Shown here one piece after another: positions 1 through 13,628 of a stretch of DNA of 64,000 nucleotides. The notes under the pieces are model-generated. The model was given only the letters and a program-made list of their open reading frames with translations, was not told the origin of the DNA and did not search any database. Source of the stretch: Mobula hypostoma (taxonomy: Eukaryota); contig NC_086108.1 of the NCBI RefSeq assembly GCF_963921235.1, positions 98,892,001-98,956,000 of the forward strand. The letters are read 5' to 3'. Within the stretch, counting starts at the first letter, position 1, and every line of letters begins with the position of its first letter. The translations under genes and the position numbers were made by a program.

Positions 1-796
1 TAAAAGGTCCCCAAATCTGTTCAAATTTAAATGAAGAATCATAAAGGTTACTTCTAATTTTCTCCAGATTCAAACATAAAATCGTCTGAGAAAACCAAAA
101 AAAGGTAGTTGGAGCATTAAGCTCTTTCCAATGTTGTAAAATACATCTTTTCGCCATTAAAGTAAGAAATGCAATCATTCTACGGGCTGAAGGGGAAAGA
201 TTACTAGAAATTTTAGGTAGTCCAAAGATAGCAGTAATAGGGTGAGGAGAGATATCTATATTTAATACCTTAGAAATAATATTGAAAATATCTCTCCAAA
301 AAGTTTCCAAAGTAGGGCAAGACCAAAACATATGAGTTAAAGAGGCTATCTGCCCCGAACATCTATCACAGAAAGGATTAATATGCGAGTAAAAACGCGC
401 TAACTTATCTTTGGACATATGTGCTCTATGAACCACTTTAAATTGAATTAGGGAATGTTTAGCACAAATAGAGGAAGTATTAACTAATTGTAAAATCTGC
501 CCCCAATCATCCACAGAAATGGTAAGCCCCAATTCCTGTTCCCAATCTACCCTAATCTTATCAAATGGAGCTTTCCTAAGTTTCATAATAATATTATAAA
601 TCATAGCCGATGCACCTTTCTGACATGGATTAAGGTTAATTATCGAATCTAAAATATATATAGGAGGAAGCATTGGAAAGGAAGAAAGTATAGTACTTAG
701 GAAATTTCTAACTTGTAAATATCTAAAAAAATGTATTCTTGATAAGTTATATTTATTAGATAATTGTTCAAAAGACATAAGGGAACCATCTAAGAC
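1..796 (-). mobile_element. L1-clade LINE, ORF2 C-terminal fragment (5'-truncated, runs off the window start)
   Basis: Minus-strand translation gives the L1 CCHC knuckle 'CDRCSGQIASLTHMFWSCPTLETFW' (~300-375) and the terminal 'AKRCILQHWK...LNLEKIR...FEQIWGPF' (~1-160). Confidence 0.8.
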
Positions 797-1578
797 CTAA
801 TTGAAACCTATCAAATGCTGAAAGGCCTTAACAGAGTGGATTAGGAGGATGTTTCCTATGGTGGGAGAGTTTGGGACCAGAAAACACAGCCTCAGAATAG
901 TGGGGTATCTTTTTAGAACAGAGATGAGGAGACATTTCTTTTGCCATACAGTGATGAATCTGTAGAATTTGTTGCCACAGGTGGCTGTGGAGGCCAAGTC
1001 TTTTAAGTATATTTAAGGCTGAGGTTGATAGATTTGAAATTGGTCAGGGCACAAAGGGATATGGGGAGAAGACAGGAGACTGGGGCCGAGAGAAAAAGCG
1101 ATCAGCCATGATGAAATAGCGGAGGAGACTCGATAGGCCAAATGGACTAATTTTGTTCCTATATCTTATGGTTTTATGGACCCGAGTTATAGGAAAAGGT
1201 TGAAGTGATTAGAACTTTATTCCCTAGAATGTAGAAGATTTGATATAAGTATACAAAATGAGGCAGATAGATAAAGTAAATACAAGCAGTCTTTTTCCAG
1301 TAAGATTGGTTGAAACTAGAGCTAGAGGTCATGGGTTAAGGGCAAAAGGTGAAATGTTTAAGAGGAACATGAGGGGGAACTTCTTCATTCAGAATGTGGT
1401 GAGAATGTGGAACGAGATGCCAACAGAAGTGGTGGGTGCAGTTTCAATTTCAGCACAAGAGAAATTTGGATAGGTACGTGGATGGGAGGGGTATGGAGGG
1501 CTTTGGTTTGGTTGAGAGTCGATGGAATTATGTAGATTATGTGGGCTGGAGGTCCTGTTTCTGTGCTGTGGCACTATA
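797..1578 (+). mobile_element. Two adjacent CR1 LINE 3'-end fragments from different subfamilies
   Basis: Decayed 'TRGHSLR...RNFFTQRVV..WN.LP' coding tail followed by a CR1 3' UTR, present twice (797-1178 and 1180-1578). Confidence 0.75.
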
Positions 1579-2897
1579 ACTCATCTTAATTGCATTCTAT
1601 CTTTTAAATGCCTGCATTTGTTTTATTTTTAGTTTCCTAAAAGTTTTCCACGGCAGGGTGGGGGGGGGGGGTGGATGTGAAATTTCAATCCTTAACATAC
1701 TTGTGTTCCCTGGCTCTTATCATTAGATTCAGTAGAAATAATTAAATCTATGTAAACAGTCTACCCTATTAAGGTGAACTTGATCAATTCATCTCAATTG
1801 TCCGGTTTATGGCAACGGTGAAGCATAGCGATGATTTGCTGGCACCAAACAAAACTATAACTACTTTAATAATCACACTTGTTCTCAGAAATGAACACTG
1901 CAAAAGCCTGTAACTTAACTATCAGAGTTAACCTTTTGAACTGCCTGTATGACCTGGCATTTTTGTGGTGTGAACTGAAATCTCAAGGGTGCAGGATGGT
2001 TGCAGTGGGGCATGTGCGTGCCAAATCGAGGAGGCAGGCTGGGCCCAAAAGCGGGAATGAGACAATGTTTGGCCATTGCTGGAGCAAACTTGAAAGCAAT
2101 TCAAAGCTGCAGAACCGAGGTGTGGCAGAGTCGAGGCAGTGAGGACCTGGGCCTGAGAGAGAGGAATGATCTGCTGTTTGGCCAATTTAAGTGCCTGGAC
2201 AGATTGGAAATGTTGGGCTCAGGCTAAAATGAACCAGCAGTGCATAGGCCCGAGAGCATGTCAAAGTGGTAGGGCCAGGGTCCAAGAGTGTGAAATGGCC
2301 TGTTATTTGGCCAGTTTAAATGCTGTGCCAGACTGAAATGGTCAGGGTGTTGGGGCTGGCGTTCAGCTCACTGGTCCACGAGGTTTACTCATCTCTGTGC
2401 TGAGCTGAAGCTGCAGGTCAGTTAACGGGCTCCTGAATCGGCTGCAGTGATGACTGGCTTCATGGAATGGACTCACTTTCCTGAACTTCAGTTCTGAATG
2501 TTATTTGCATAAATTTATTGTTTGCACATTGGATGTTTGACAGTCTTAATGGCCTCTATTGGGTTTCTTTGCTTTGTGGTTGCCTGTAAGGAGTCAAATC
2601 TCAAGGTTGTATACAGCCTAATGAACCTCTACAGATAACTAAAGATTTTAAAATCAGGGAATTTATTTTGATGTATATTCTTTTTCTAGTTCTGCATGTG
2701 AATAGCTCAAACCTGAGGTCAAAAGCAATGTCTTGTTCAAGGACGAAGTGCTGCCACATGCAGCTGTGAAGGCCAGATCATTGGGTGTATTTAAGGCAGA
2801 GATTGATAGGTTTTTGACGGCATCAAAGGTTATGGGGAGAAGGCCAGGAAATGGGGTTGAGGAGGAGAAAAAAAAAGGATCAGCCATGATTAAATGG

Positions 2898-3747
2898 TGT
2901 GACGAGAATACACATAGATGTTAGCTGTCCTGTGAGATCAGCAGTTGGTCTGCCACCTGTCCTCAGGGGAAGGAGAGATAAGGAACAATGAAGCAGCATC
3001 TGGAGATGTGTAATGAAGGGACGGGAGAGAGAGCTGTCTAGAGTGGCTCCCCCTTTGAACCCTGAACTGTTTGAAGTGATGGACAGGCGATACCCCAGCA
3101 GGGGTATAAAAAGGGACAGGTTCGCTAAGGCAGGACACACACACGACACCCGAGGTAACGAGACCCTGGAAGCGGCGTGCCTCTCACGAGTCGGTGGGAA
3201 GTACCGGACCTTAAACGCACAGGGTGGAAAGGTACGATCAGCGGGAACCCGGTGTGTGTCCACCCTCGCTTGGGTGCCGGGTTCACTGCAGAGGATCGAC
3301 CGCATCTGGAGGAGGGGTCACAATCGGTGACCTCAGGTGACATCACAAAGGACCCGCCCGGAAGCTGCTTGTGAGCAATATCGCCGGTCTGTGAGTGGAA
3401 GCCGTTCTGAATGATCAGTCGTTCCCGTTCTCTCTCTATCCCTCCCCCCGTGTTGTCCATCGCCAGGGCAACGATTACTGCGAACTGAACTATTAGATCG
3501 AACTGGACTTTTGTGTCACTTTGAAATTGGTCATTTACCCCTAGACAATGATAGAGCTTGATTGATGCTGTTAATCTTAATTCTGTGCACATGTGTGTTT
3601 ATCATTGCTGAACTGTTGCATTTATTATCCTTTCGATTACTGTGTTGCTTGTTTCTTTAATAAAACTTTCTTAGTTCTAGTAATCCAGACTCCAACTGAG
3701 TGATCCATTTCTGCTGGTTTGGCAACCCAGTTACGGGGTACGTAACA
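2898..3747 (+). mobile_element. Solo LTR (Gypsy/ERV-type), 850 bp, inserted in a CR1 3' end
   Basis: TG...CA termini (tgtgacg...cgtaaca) and a 4-bp TSD ATGG (2894-2897, 3748-3751). AATAAA near 3659. Closely similar to 31321-32217. The CR1 3' UTR resumes after it. Confidence 0.9.
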
Positions 3748-4721
3748 ATGGCGAAGCAGACTCAATGGGCCAAATGGCCTAGTACTGCTCCTATGTCTTA
3801 TTATGGTCTTATGATCAAGTAAATTGCCCTGCTGTGCACCTTAAATACACCCTCTATACATTACATTTTGCATGGCACCACATTTAAGTTAATAATTTTC
3901 CCCATCATGATCACCTTTCAGCACACACCGATCAGCTACTAGTGGTTGTGGAAACTTTTATGGATCTACAGAACACCAGCTGCAAGTACAGCAGATCTAA
4001 ATACACAACGAACCACTTCCTGCCTGTGATCATTTAGCCAATTCTCAATCCACAAGAGGGTTTGTTGTGGCTTATCTAAAGATTTATAAAAGTACAAGAC
4101 TATGCTTACTAGGTTACTCATGTCCACTAAATGAATAATTTGAGAAAGTTTCAATCAAATTTCAAGATACAAACTATTTTCCAGTAATTACATTGGGGTT
4201 TCTTGATACAGCCTTCTCTTAATAAAATAATACACCAGTGCTTTTTAAATACAAACAAAGTTAATGGCCTATATATTATTGTTTTTAAAAAAAGGAATCA
4301 AAGTAAATTTATCAGAATTTCATTAGTTCAGCATTCTACCATAATCAACCCCAGCAAGCGATTATAAAATGGGCAGTTCATGTGCCTGCTCTTTAATTCT
4401 TGGAGGGTAAACCTGATTGGCTGATCTCTCATTCTTCTTAAGAATATCTCCTTGTATTTTAAAGGCTAGCTGTTTTGCTATTAACAGCATCATTTAAAAC
4501 ATTCAGTTGCTTATCTTCAAGAGTCCAAATAAAAATAAGTATTTCAGGTTCTAGAAATCTGACCCGATCACAAAACTCATCCAATATACCTTGGTCTATT
4601 GCTGATCCACTTGCCATAGATGGTGACCACCGTCAAAACATAAACGGTATTGTTAACATTTATCTTTCTCACCCTTCCACTATGCCAGGTACCATGGATT
4701 GCACACCAGTGCCTTTATATA

Positions 4722-6144
4722 CAGTACCTATTCACCTCCCATGGAAGTTTTCATGTTTTGTTGTTTTACAACATTGAATCACAGTGGATTTAATTTGGCT
4801 TTTTTGACAAAGACTCTTTCTTGTCAAAGTGAAAACAAATTTCTACAAATTGGTCTAAATTTATGACAATTATTAAACACAAAATAACTGATGACATAAT
4901 TATACACCCCCTTCAAGTCAGTATTTAGCAGATGCACCTTTGGCAGCAATTACAGCCTTGAGTCTCTAACAGCCTAGGTCTCTATCCGCTTTGCACATCT
5001 GGACACTGCAATTTTCCCCATTCTTCTTTACAAAACTGCTCAAGCTCTGTCAGATTGCTTTGGGATCATGAGTAAACAGCAATTTTCAAGTCCAGCCACA
5101 AATTTTCAGTTGGATTGAGGTTTGGACTCTGACTTGGCCACTCCACGACATTAACTTTGCTGTTTTTAAGCCATTCCTGGGTAGCTTTGGCTTTATGCTT
5201 AGGTTATTGTCTTGCTGGAAAACACAATTCTCCCAATCACAATTCTCTTGCAGATTGCATCAGGTTTTCCTCCAGGATTTCCCTGTATTTTGCTGCATTC
5301 ATTTTACCCTTTACCTTCAGAAGCCTTCCAGGATTTGCTATAGTGAAGCATCCCAACAGCATGATGCAGCCACCACTGTGCTTCATGGTAGGGATGGTGT
5401 GTTTTTGATGATGTGTAGTGTTTGGCTTAGGTCAAACATAGCGTTTAGTCTGATGGCCAAAAAGCTCAATTTTGGTTTCATCAGACCATAGAACCTTCTT
5501 CCAGCTGACTTCAGAGTTTCCCACATGCCTCCTGGCAAACTCTAGCTGAGATTTCATGTTTTTTTTGAACAGTGGCTTTCTCTTTGCCACTCTGCCGTAA
5601 AGCTGCAACTGGTGTAAGCACCTAGGCAACAGCTTGCAACTCCCCCAGAGTTGTCATAGGTCTCTTGGTGGTCTCCTTCACTGGCCACTCAGTTTTTGAG
5701 GACAGCATGCTCTAGGCAGATGTACAGCTGTACCATGTTCTTTCCATTTCTTGATGATTGACTTAACCGTACTCCAAGGGATATTCAGTGACTTGGGCAA
5801 GTTTTCTTGTAGACCTTCCAGATACAGGTTATTTTTACTATAAACAATCAAAACACCTTGACTGCACGCAGGTGATCTCTATTTAACTAATTACCAATTG
5901 GCTGCACTGATGATCTGGTGTGCCATATTGAAGGAGGTGAATATTATGCAATTAAGTATTTTGAGCTTTACATTTGTAATTAATTTAGATCATTTTGTAG
6001 AGATCTGTTTTCACTTTGACACAAAAGAGTCGATTTCGGTTGTTCAGTGTCAAAAGAAGCCAAATTAAATCCACTGTGATTCAATGATGTAAAAAAAATA
6101 AAGCATGGAAACTTCAAGGGGGTGAATACTTTTTATAGGTGCTG
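4722..6144 (-). mobile_element. Tc1-like DNA transposon, decayed, with long TIRs
   Basis: TA flanks at both ends and CAG...CTG termini. Long inverted repeats (aatcacagtggatttaatttggct / agccaaattaaatccactgtgatt). Transposase remnant 'RKPL...VLWSDETKIELFG' (5432-5629, minus). Confidence 0.88.
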
Positions 6145-6410
6145 TAAGTTGACAAACTGATACCCAATCAATAAAACCACCCTCCTTAGCTAACGTTCCA
6201 AGCTGGACCAAACAGTATGTAACCACTGCATTCATTTTGATTCTCACCTATGCGGTCAAATCTACATCCCCTCTATTCCAAGTCTGCAATTAATGCAATA
6301 TCGATACTTGCAAACAATGCTCAAACTACTTACTAAAATCACTTTATACGTTTATTATATCCAGGCATGGCTATTCCAATGTTCACCTGATTAAAAAAAA
6401 AATCTGATTA

Positions 6411-6810
6411 AGTCCTGATGAAGAGTCTCGGTACGATACATCAACTGTTTATTCTTTTCAATAGATGCTGGCTGGCCTGCTGAGTTCCTCCAGCATTCTG
6501 TGAGTTGCATGGATTTCCTGCTTCTGCAGATTTTCTCAACATTGTGATTGTACTACTGCACCACTGTGGAGTATCTTCCAGAGATGCCTTCCCTGAAGCA
6601 GCTCAAGTCATCCCTTTGACAGGAGTTCAGTAAAACCATCTCTCACTGCTCACCCCTCTGTGATCTCTGCCGCCCTCCGAAGTCCTGACGAAGGGTCTCA
6701 GCCAGAAACCCGACTGTTTACACTTTTTCATAGATGCTGCCTGACCTGCTGAGTTCCTCCAGCATATTGTGTGTGTTGCTTGGATATCCAGCATCTGCAA
6801 ATTTTCTCAT
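6411..6810 (+). repeat. Two short Penelope pLTR-derived repeats with degenerate hammerhead motifs
   Basis: agtcctgatgaagagtctcgg at 6411 and agtcctgacgaagggtctcagccagaaac at 6681. Each is followed by the atagatgctg...ctgctgagttcctccagcat tail seen in the pLTRs. Confidence 0.75.
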
Positions 6811-7719
6811 CCTTGTAAAACAAAATCTCTCATTTTCCAAGTGCTGCATATTTGGATGAGGTCATCCAAATCTCTGCTGCTATGTCCTAGTTTGCACCAA
6901 GTCTGTTTTTACCTATCAATACTGACCATGTATTTAAAAAGCGCATGCTGGCATTCAAATACCACCATTGCCCCACCTGCTTGATTGCTTGTACTTTTCC
7001 TCCCACTGCTGTCTTCACCTTGCCATACCAAAGTCCCCCACCCCAGACATTAAAGTTCTACCTTCCTATTTCTACTCTCCCATCCAACATTGCTTTCTAT
7101 TCTTAAACATCACTTCGGAGATTCACCTCCTATTTTTGCTTACATCTATGTAAAACAATAGAGGTAAAACTCTGCATTAAAAGGTCCTATTTACTGCAAA
7201 TGGCTGCTTTTGCAACACATTCACTTTTGCTGATGCTAAACCTTTGCCAATTAGTTTGCATGCTGGCAAGTGCTACACTCAGGATTTCACATTTCCAGAC
7301 TGCGCACGGCTATGAGTCAGTCTGCTCATAGATTCATTGAAATCCTCACTGTTTGGTCAGCATGAAGTTTAAGTGAACTGGAGGCTCTGGGGAATCCCAT
7401 AATAGAGACAAATTTATGCAGCTGTGTTTACAGTTCTATTTATTGTTACTTCAGTTGAGAATGGAAACTTCTGTCATCAATTGAATGGGATTTTCTATTG
7501 CTTTAAATAGATTTTTCACTTGATATACAGACTACATTAGCTGCTGTCATTGACTTTAACTACTTTAAATGGCTCCATCTTGGGCTCAACATGCAGGTTG
7601 TGTCATTCGACTCCCAGTTATTTTGAAAGAGAAGGGGAAAAATTACAAAGACAAAAGACACAAAAAAAACTTTCTAACTAAAATGTAACTGCCATTAGAA
7701 GCTGTTAATTAAGAACACA

Positions 7720-8400
7720 GAACCGCCCTGCAAGCCTTTCAGCCCACAATGTTGAGAGCATGATGACAAATCAAACTATTTTATTTTTCACTCTAGGTAT
7801 GGCGCAGAGCAGGTCCTTCCAGCCCATTGAGCCGTGCCACCCAGCAATCCCTCAACTTAATCCTCGCTTAATCGCGGGACAATTTGCAACGGACAATTAA
7901 CCTACTAACCAGTATGTCTTTGGACTGTGGGAGGAAACCCACATGGTCACGGAGAGAACGCACAGTGGGGATCCGTATCTCTCTATTCCCTGCAAATTCA
8001 TGTCCTTATCTAAAAGCCAGCTGAATGGCATTATCTTACCTGCCTCCACCACCACCGACACAAGTTCCTGACGGTACAAGCCACATTGTAAAAACACTTG
8101 CCCTTTAAACTTTCCCCTATCACCTAAAACTATTCCCACTGGTATTTAGCATTTCTGCAATGGTTTTGGCTGTCTTCTTTATCTAAACCTTTTAATTTTA
8201 TATACTTCTGTCAGATCTTCCCACAGCATCTGATGCTTCGGAGAAAACAATGCAGTTTGCCCAACCTTGCATTGTAGTTAATACCCCGTAGTCCAGGCAG
8301 CGTCTTGGTAAAACTTTTCTGCACCATGTCCAAAGTCCCCACTTCCTCCAAGTGTGGCCTGACCAAAATTTTGTACAACAGTATCATGATTTCCAGTTCC
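7720..8400 (-). mobile_element. CR1 3' fragment interrupted by a V-SINE (~7790-7965)
   Basis: Minus strand shows a CR1 ORF2 tail. The V-domain-like 'ttctctccgtgaccatgtgggtttcctcccacagtccaaagac' is embedded in it. Confidence 0.6.
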
Positions 8401-10078
8401 TTATGGTCAGGGGTGGTAGTGAAGATAAGCTCCCACTATCTATTAAATTTTCCCAATAGCATGCATCTCAAATAGCCTCTGACAACTAAGTCAGCTCCTA
8501 GCTTTGACGTGTGGCTTAATTAGCTACTAAGCCTGGCTGAATTATTTCTACAGAAGGAGCAAAAGGAGGTTACTGGCAACTGAAAACTAGTTTCCCTGGG
8601 CAGATAGGGCTCATCAGCTGTGACTGAAAGCTCACCTAGAAGGAAAAGTGATCTCAAACCTCCGCTGCCTTATGGCTATACCCATTTATGGGGAAGGCTT
8701 CAGGAGTAAAGCCCACAGAAAAATATGGAGCAGGAGTCCTATATAGAGTTCAACGCTGACTGGCAACTCTTGTGATGCTGCTGGTGCCAAGCTGTATCGA
8801 TCTCTGCCATTCCTCTTATTTATCAGTTACACGGAGGGAGGGAACCTGCTACACAGGCAACAGCTTACTCTTCATATCATACTGCCCTGGCTGGCGTATC
8901 ACATAGTTGACAACTGGAATGCAACATCCATGGTCGTCCCAACCAATGGAGGACCTCAAGATCATGATTTCCTAACTCTTAAAATCTATCCCCTTAGTGA
9001 TGAAGGCAAGCATGCTACACTTCTCTACCATTCTATGTATGTGCATTACCACTTTCAGGAAGGTATGGATTTGGACCACTTGCACATCAATGCTACGAAG
9101 GGCCATTCCATTAACTGTATACTTGCCCCCATGCATTTAATGTCCCAATTCGCAAAATTTTACACTTGCTCAGATTAATCTCCCTCAGTCATTTATCAAC
9201 CCAGAACTGTAACTGCTGTATCCTTCGACTTTCTTCACTGTATTCAGAGCAACCAATTTTTCTACTGTCTGCAAACTTGCTTACTAACCCACCTATATTT
9301 TCGTCTAACTCATATATATATTACAAACAGAAACTCAGCATGTTTCTGAATAACTGTAATCAACCCAAATTTAAAGGAGAATGTGATATTAACTAAATAC
9401 AAAAAAGAGTAAATGTATGCATTAAGAGCAATATATTAGAAAACTGGACCCAAGTTAAATCTGAAGATTTTCTGGTTGGGTTGAAGTGGTATTTATAGCT
9501 GATGTTTGAATTTTCCAAGTTAAGAAAATATACATCAGCACTGTTTAGAAACAAACTGCTTTGATGGGAAAGTAATTTTATATAAAAGTTGTTATTACCT
9601 GGTGGGAAGAACATTTCTTTTTATATTTCTTCTTGTTTGTTCTTTAAAATTGAAAAAGGAAAAAACACTATCTGCCAAACAGCCATATTTTATATATGTA
9701 AACAAAAGCTTCCAAAACAAACTTCAGTTTATGACCAACTGGTCTGCACAAATATTAGCTACTTTTTTCTTTGACTCATCAAGAGATCAATGAAAATGCC
9801 GCCTGATATAAATTTTGTACCAAACACTAGGAAGGTTCAGGGTAAACATTCAGAAATTACTTCTGTGAAAACCTACAATCTAAAGGATGAGTGAGGATTT
9901 CGTGTTCTATTTTGTATGCAATTTCATGCTGTCAAAAGTGGATCAACTGATTCCACAAACTATGCACTAACATTCAAGGCAAACAACAGGAATTCTGCAG
10001 ATGCTGGAAATTCAAGCAACATACATCAAAGTTGCTGGTGAACGCAGCAGGCCAGGCAGCATCTATAGGAAGAGGCGC

Positions 10079-10114
10079 AGTCGACGTTTCAGGCCGAGAC
10101 GCTTCGTCAGGACT
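10079..10114 (-). ncRNA. Minimal type-I hammerhead ribozyme (3' pLTR)
   Basis: Minus strand reads AGTC-CTGACGA-AGCGTCTCGGCCT-GAAAC-GTC-GACT: catalytic core, stem I AGUC/GACU and palindromic ACGU stem III. Predicted cleavage after 10083. Confidence 0.8.
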
Positions 10115-10408
10115 AACTGAAGGAAGAGTGAGTAAGGGATTTGAAAGCTGGAGGGGGAGGGGGAGATGCAAAATGATAGGAGAAGACAGGAGGGGGAGGG
10201 ATGGAGCCGAGAGCTGGACAGGTGATAGGCAGAAGGGGATACGAGAGGATCATGGGACAGGAGGTCCGGGAAGAAAGACGGGGGGGGGGGTGACCCAGAG
10301 GATGGGCAAGAGGTATATTCAGAGGGACAGAGGGAGAAAAAGGAGAGTGAGAGAAAGAATGTGTGCATTAAAAAGAGTAACAGATGGGGTACGAGGGGGA
10401 GGTGGGGC

Positions 10409-13400
10409 CTAGCGGAAGTTAGAGAAGTCAATGTTCATGCCATCAGGTTGGAGGCTACCCATACGGAATATAAGGTGTTGTTCCTCCAACCTGAGTGTGG
10501 CTTCATCTTTACAGTAGAGGAGGCCGTGGATAGACATGTCAGAATGGGAATGGGATGTGGAATTAAAATGTGTGGCCACTGGGAGATCCTGCTTTCTCTG
10601 GCGGACAGAGCGTAGATGTTCAGCAAAGCGGTCTCCCAGTCTGCGTCGGGTCTCACCAATATATAAAAGGCCACATCGGGAGCACCGGACGCAGTATATC
10701 ACCCCAGTCGACTCACAGGTGAAGTGATGCCTCACCTGGAAGGACTGTTTGGGGCCCTGAATGGTGGTAAGGGAGGAAGTGTAAGGGCATGTGTAGCACT
10801 TGTTCCGCTTACACGGATAAGTGCCAGGAGGGAGATCAGTGGGGAGGTATGGGGGGGACAAATGGACAAGGGAGTTGTGTAGGGAGCGATCCCTGCGGAA
10901 TGCAGAGAGAGGGGGGAGGGAAAGATATGCTTAGTGGTGGGATCCCGTTGGAGGTGGCGGAAGTTACGGAGAATAATATGTTGGACCCGGAGGCTGGTGG
11001 GGTGGTAGGTGAGGACCAGGGGAACCCTATTCCTAGTGGGGTGGTGGGAGGATGGAGTGAGAGCAGATGTACGTGAAATGGGGGAGATGCGTTTAAGAGC
11101 AGAGTTGATAGTGGAGGAAGGGAAGCCCCTTTCTTTAAAAAATGAAGACATCTCCCTCGTCCTAGAATGAAAAGCCTCATCCTGAGAGCAGATACGGCGG
11201 AGACGGAGGAATTGCGAGAAGGGGATGGCGTTTTTGCAAGAGACAGGGTGAGAAGAGGAATAGTCCAGATAGTTGTGAGAGTCAGTAGGCTTATAGTAGA
11301 CATCAGTGGATAAGCTGTCTCCAGAGACAGAGACAGAAAGATCTAGAAAGGGGAGGGAGGTGTCAGAAATGGACCAGGTAAACTTGAGGGCAGGGTGAAA
11401 GTTGGAGGCAAAGTTAATAAAGTCAACGAGTTCTGCATGCGTGCAGGAAGCAGCGCCAATGCAGTCGTCGATGTAGCGAAGGAAAAGTGGGGGACAGATA
11501 CCAGAATAGGCACGGAACATAGATTGTTCCACAAACCCAACAAAAAGGCAGGCATAGCTAGGACCCATACGGGTGCCCATAGCTACACCTTTAGTTTGGA
11601 GGAAATGGGAGGAGCAAAAGGAGAAATTATTAAAAGTAAGGACTAATTCTGCTAGACGGAGCAGAGTGGTGGTAGAGGGGAACTGATTAGGTCTGGAATC
11701 CAAAAAGAAGCGTAGAGCTTTGAGACCTTCCTGATGGGGGATGGAAGTATATAGGGACTGGACATCCAAGGTGAAAATAAAGCGGTGGGGGCCAGGGAAC
11801 TTAAAATCATCGAAAAGTTTAAGAGCGTGAGAAGTGTCACGAACATAGGTCGGAAGGGATTGAACAAGGGGTGATAAAACAGTGTCGAGGTATGCAGAAA
11901 CGAGTTCGGTGGGGCAGGAGCAAGCTGAGACAATAGGTCGGCCAGGACAGGCAGGTTTGTGGATCTTGGGTAGGAGGTAGAAACGGGAAGTGCGGGGTGT
12001 GGGAACTATAAGGTTGGTAGCAGTGGATGGGAGATCCCCTGAGCGGATAAAGTCGTTGATAGTGTGGGAGACAATGGCCTGGTGCTCCTTAGTGGGGTCA
12101 CGATCGAGGGGTAAATAAGAGGAGGTATCCGCGAGTTGTCGCTGTGCCTCGGCAAGGTAGAGGTCAGTACGCCAGACTACAACAGCACCCCCCTTATCAG
12201 CGGGTTTAATAATAATGTTAGGATAAGTGCAGAGGGAGTGGAGAGCAGAGCGTTCTGAAGGAGTGAGGTTGGAATGGGGACAAGGAGCGGTGAAGTCGAG
12301 ACGGTTGATGTCCCGTCGGCAGTTGGCAATAAAGAGATCCAGAGCAGGCAGAAGACCAGAGCGGGGTGTCCATGAAGAAGAGGAGGGATGAAGATGGGAG
12401 AAGGGGTCATCGGTGGGGGTGGAAGAGTCCTTGCCGAAGAAGTAGGCTCGGAGACGGAGACGGCGGAAGAAAAGTTCCGCATCGTGGCGAACACGGAACT
12501 CGCTGAGGTGTGGGCGAAGGGGGACAAACGTGAGGCCCTTACTGAGAACAGAGCGTTCTGCCTCCGACAGTTGAAGGTCGGAGGGGATGGTAAAGACCCG
12601 GCACGGATGAGAGCTGGGATCAGAGGGGGGAGGGGGGAGGCTGGGGGTGTCAATGGAGAGGGGAGGGTTGGGGTGAGAGGAAGATGGAGCCTCTGAGGGC
12701 CCAGGAGCTGACGGTGGGATCTGAGGAAGACGGGGCTGCGGAGTGGTGGTGGGGGAAGGGGAGACGGGAGTCACCACAACAGCACATAAAGACCCGGCCT
12801 GGAGTTCAAGGCTGGAGTCGCAGTTGGTGGTTGCGCAATCGCTTTGAATGTCTCCATGGTCGTTGCTGGAGTCCGGGTTTTGAATATGTCCTGAGGTGTT
12901 GGAGCCGCCGAGACCAACGGCAGAGGCCGCAACCGAAAGTTCATGCCTGCTAGCGTCGGGGCCGGCAGGCTCTGGAGTCCGTAGATGTAAGATCTTGCGA
13001 TCTTTGCCTAACATGACAAAGTCAAAGAAACGGCGATTGCAGGCGTGGATCCGACGGAGGATGAAATAGCGGGTAGGACCATTACAGACGGCGAAGAAAG
13101 TGTCCCGAAGGTGTGGAAGGGTCTGGGATAGGGACACCAAGTACCTCCTCATGGCGGAGAGCGTCGCCTTCAGAGCTTGACGGGAGAAGCGGCGAGAGGC
13201 AGAGTCAATGAAATGTGAGTATCTGGGATTCTCAGAAGGTCCAAATTGAGAGGCTTGGAAACGAATCCTAAAGCCAACTGGAGTAAGTTGGCGACGGAGG
13301 CACGTTCCAAGAAAGGATACATGGCAGTGATAGCGAGTTTGAGTCAAAGTCTGGTCGAAAAGTTGAAGAGCCGAAGAAATCACAGATGGGGAGCAGTGAG

Positions 13401-13458
13401 AGATGGTTTCACTGAACTCCCGTCGAAGAGAGGATCTAAACTTCTTCGGTGTAGGCAT
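10409..13458 (-). CDS. Penelope-like RT-GIY-YIG polyprotein (~1016 aa if a single 1-nt frameshift at the G-run ~10911-10916 is corrected)
   Basis: PLE motifs KGLTFVP, IKPADKG, LPKIHK, GRPIVS, LDVQSLYTSI, GVAMGT, RYIDD and FLD. Cys linker PCKRNKCYTCPY, then endonuclease VIYCVRCSRCGLLYIGET...RFAEH...HFN. Joins ORFs 10732-13536 and 10409-10861. An in-frame ATG also exists at 13536. Confidence 0.9.
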
Positions 13459-13592
13459 CACCGGAAGAGGCTTCGCAGTAGTGAATTTAAATGCAAACAA
13501 CAGGAATTCTGCAGATGCTGGAAATTCAAGCAACATACATCAAAGTTGCTGGTGAACGCAGCAGGCCAGGCAGCATCTATAGGAAGAGGCGC

Positions 13593-13628
13593 AGTCGACG
13601 TTTCAGGCCGAGACGCTTCGTCAGGACT
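13593..13628 (-). ncRNA. Minimal type-I hammerhead ribozyme (5' pLTR)
   Basis: Identical to the 10079-10114 motif. Predicted cleavage after 13597. Confidence 0.8.

Noticed and set aside
8410..8960. Unclassified segment resembling an RTE-type 5' region (similar impression at 37290-37740 and 47670-48180)
   Set aside because: No coding motif, TSD or clear second copy in the window to support a specific call.
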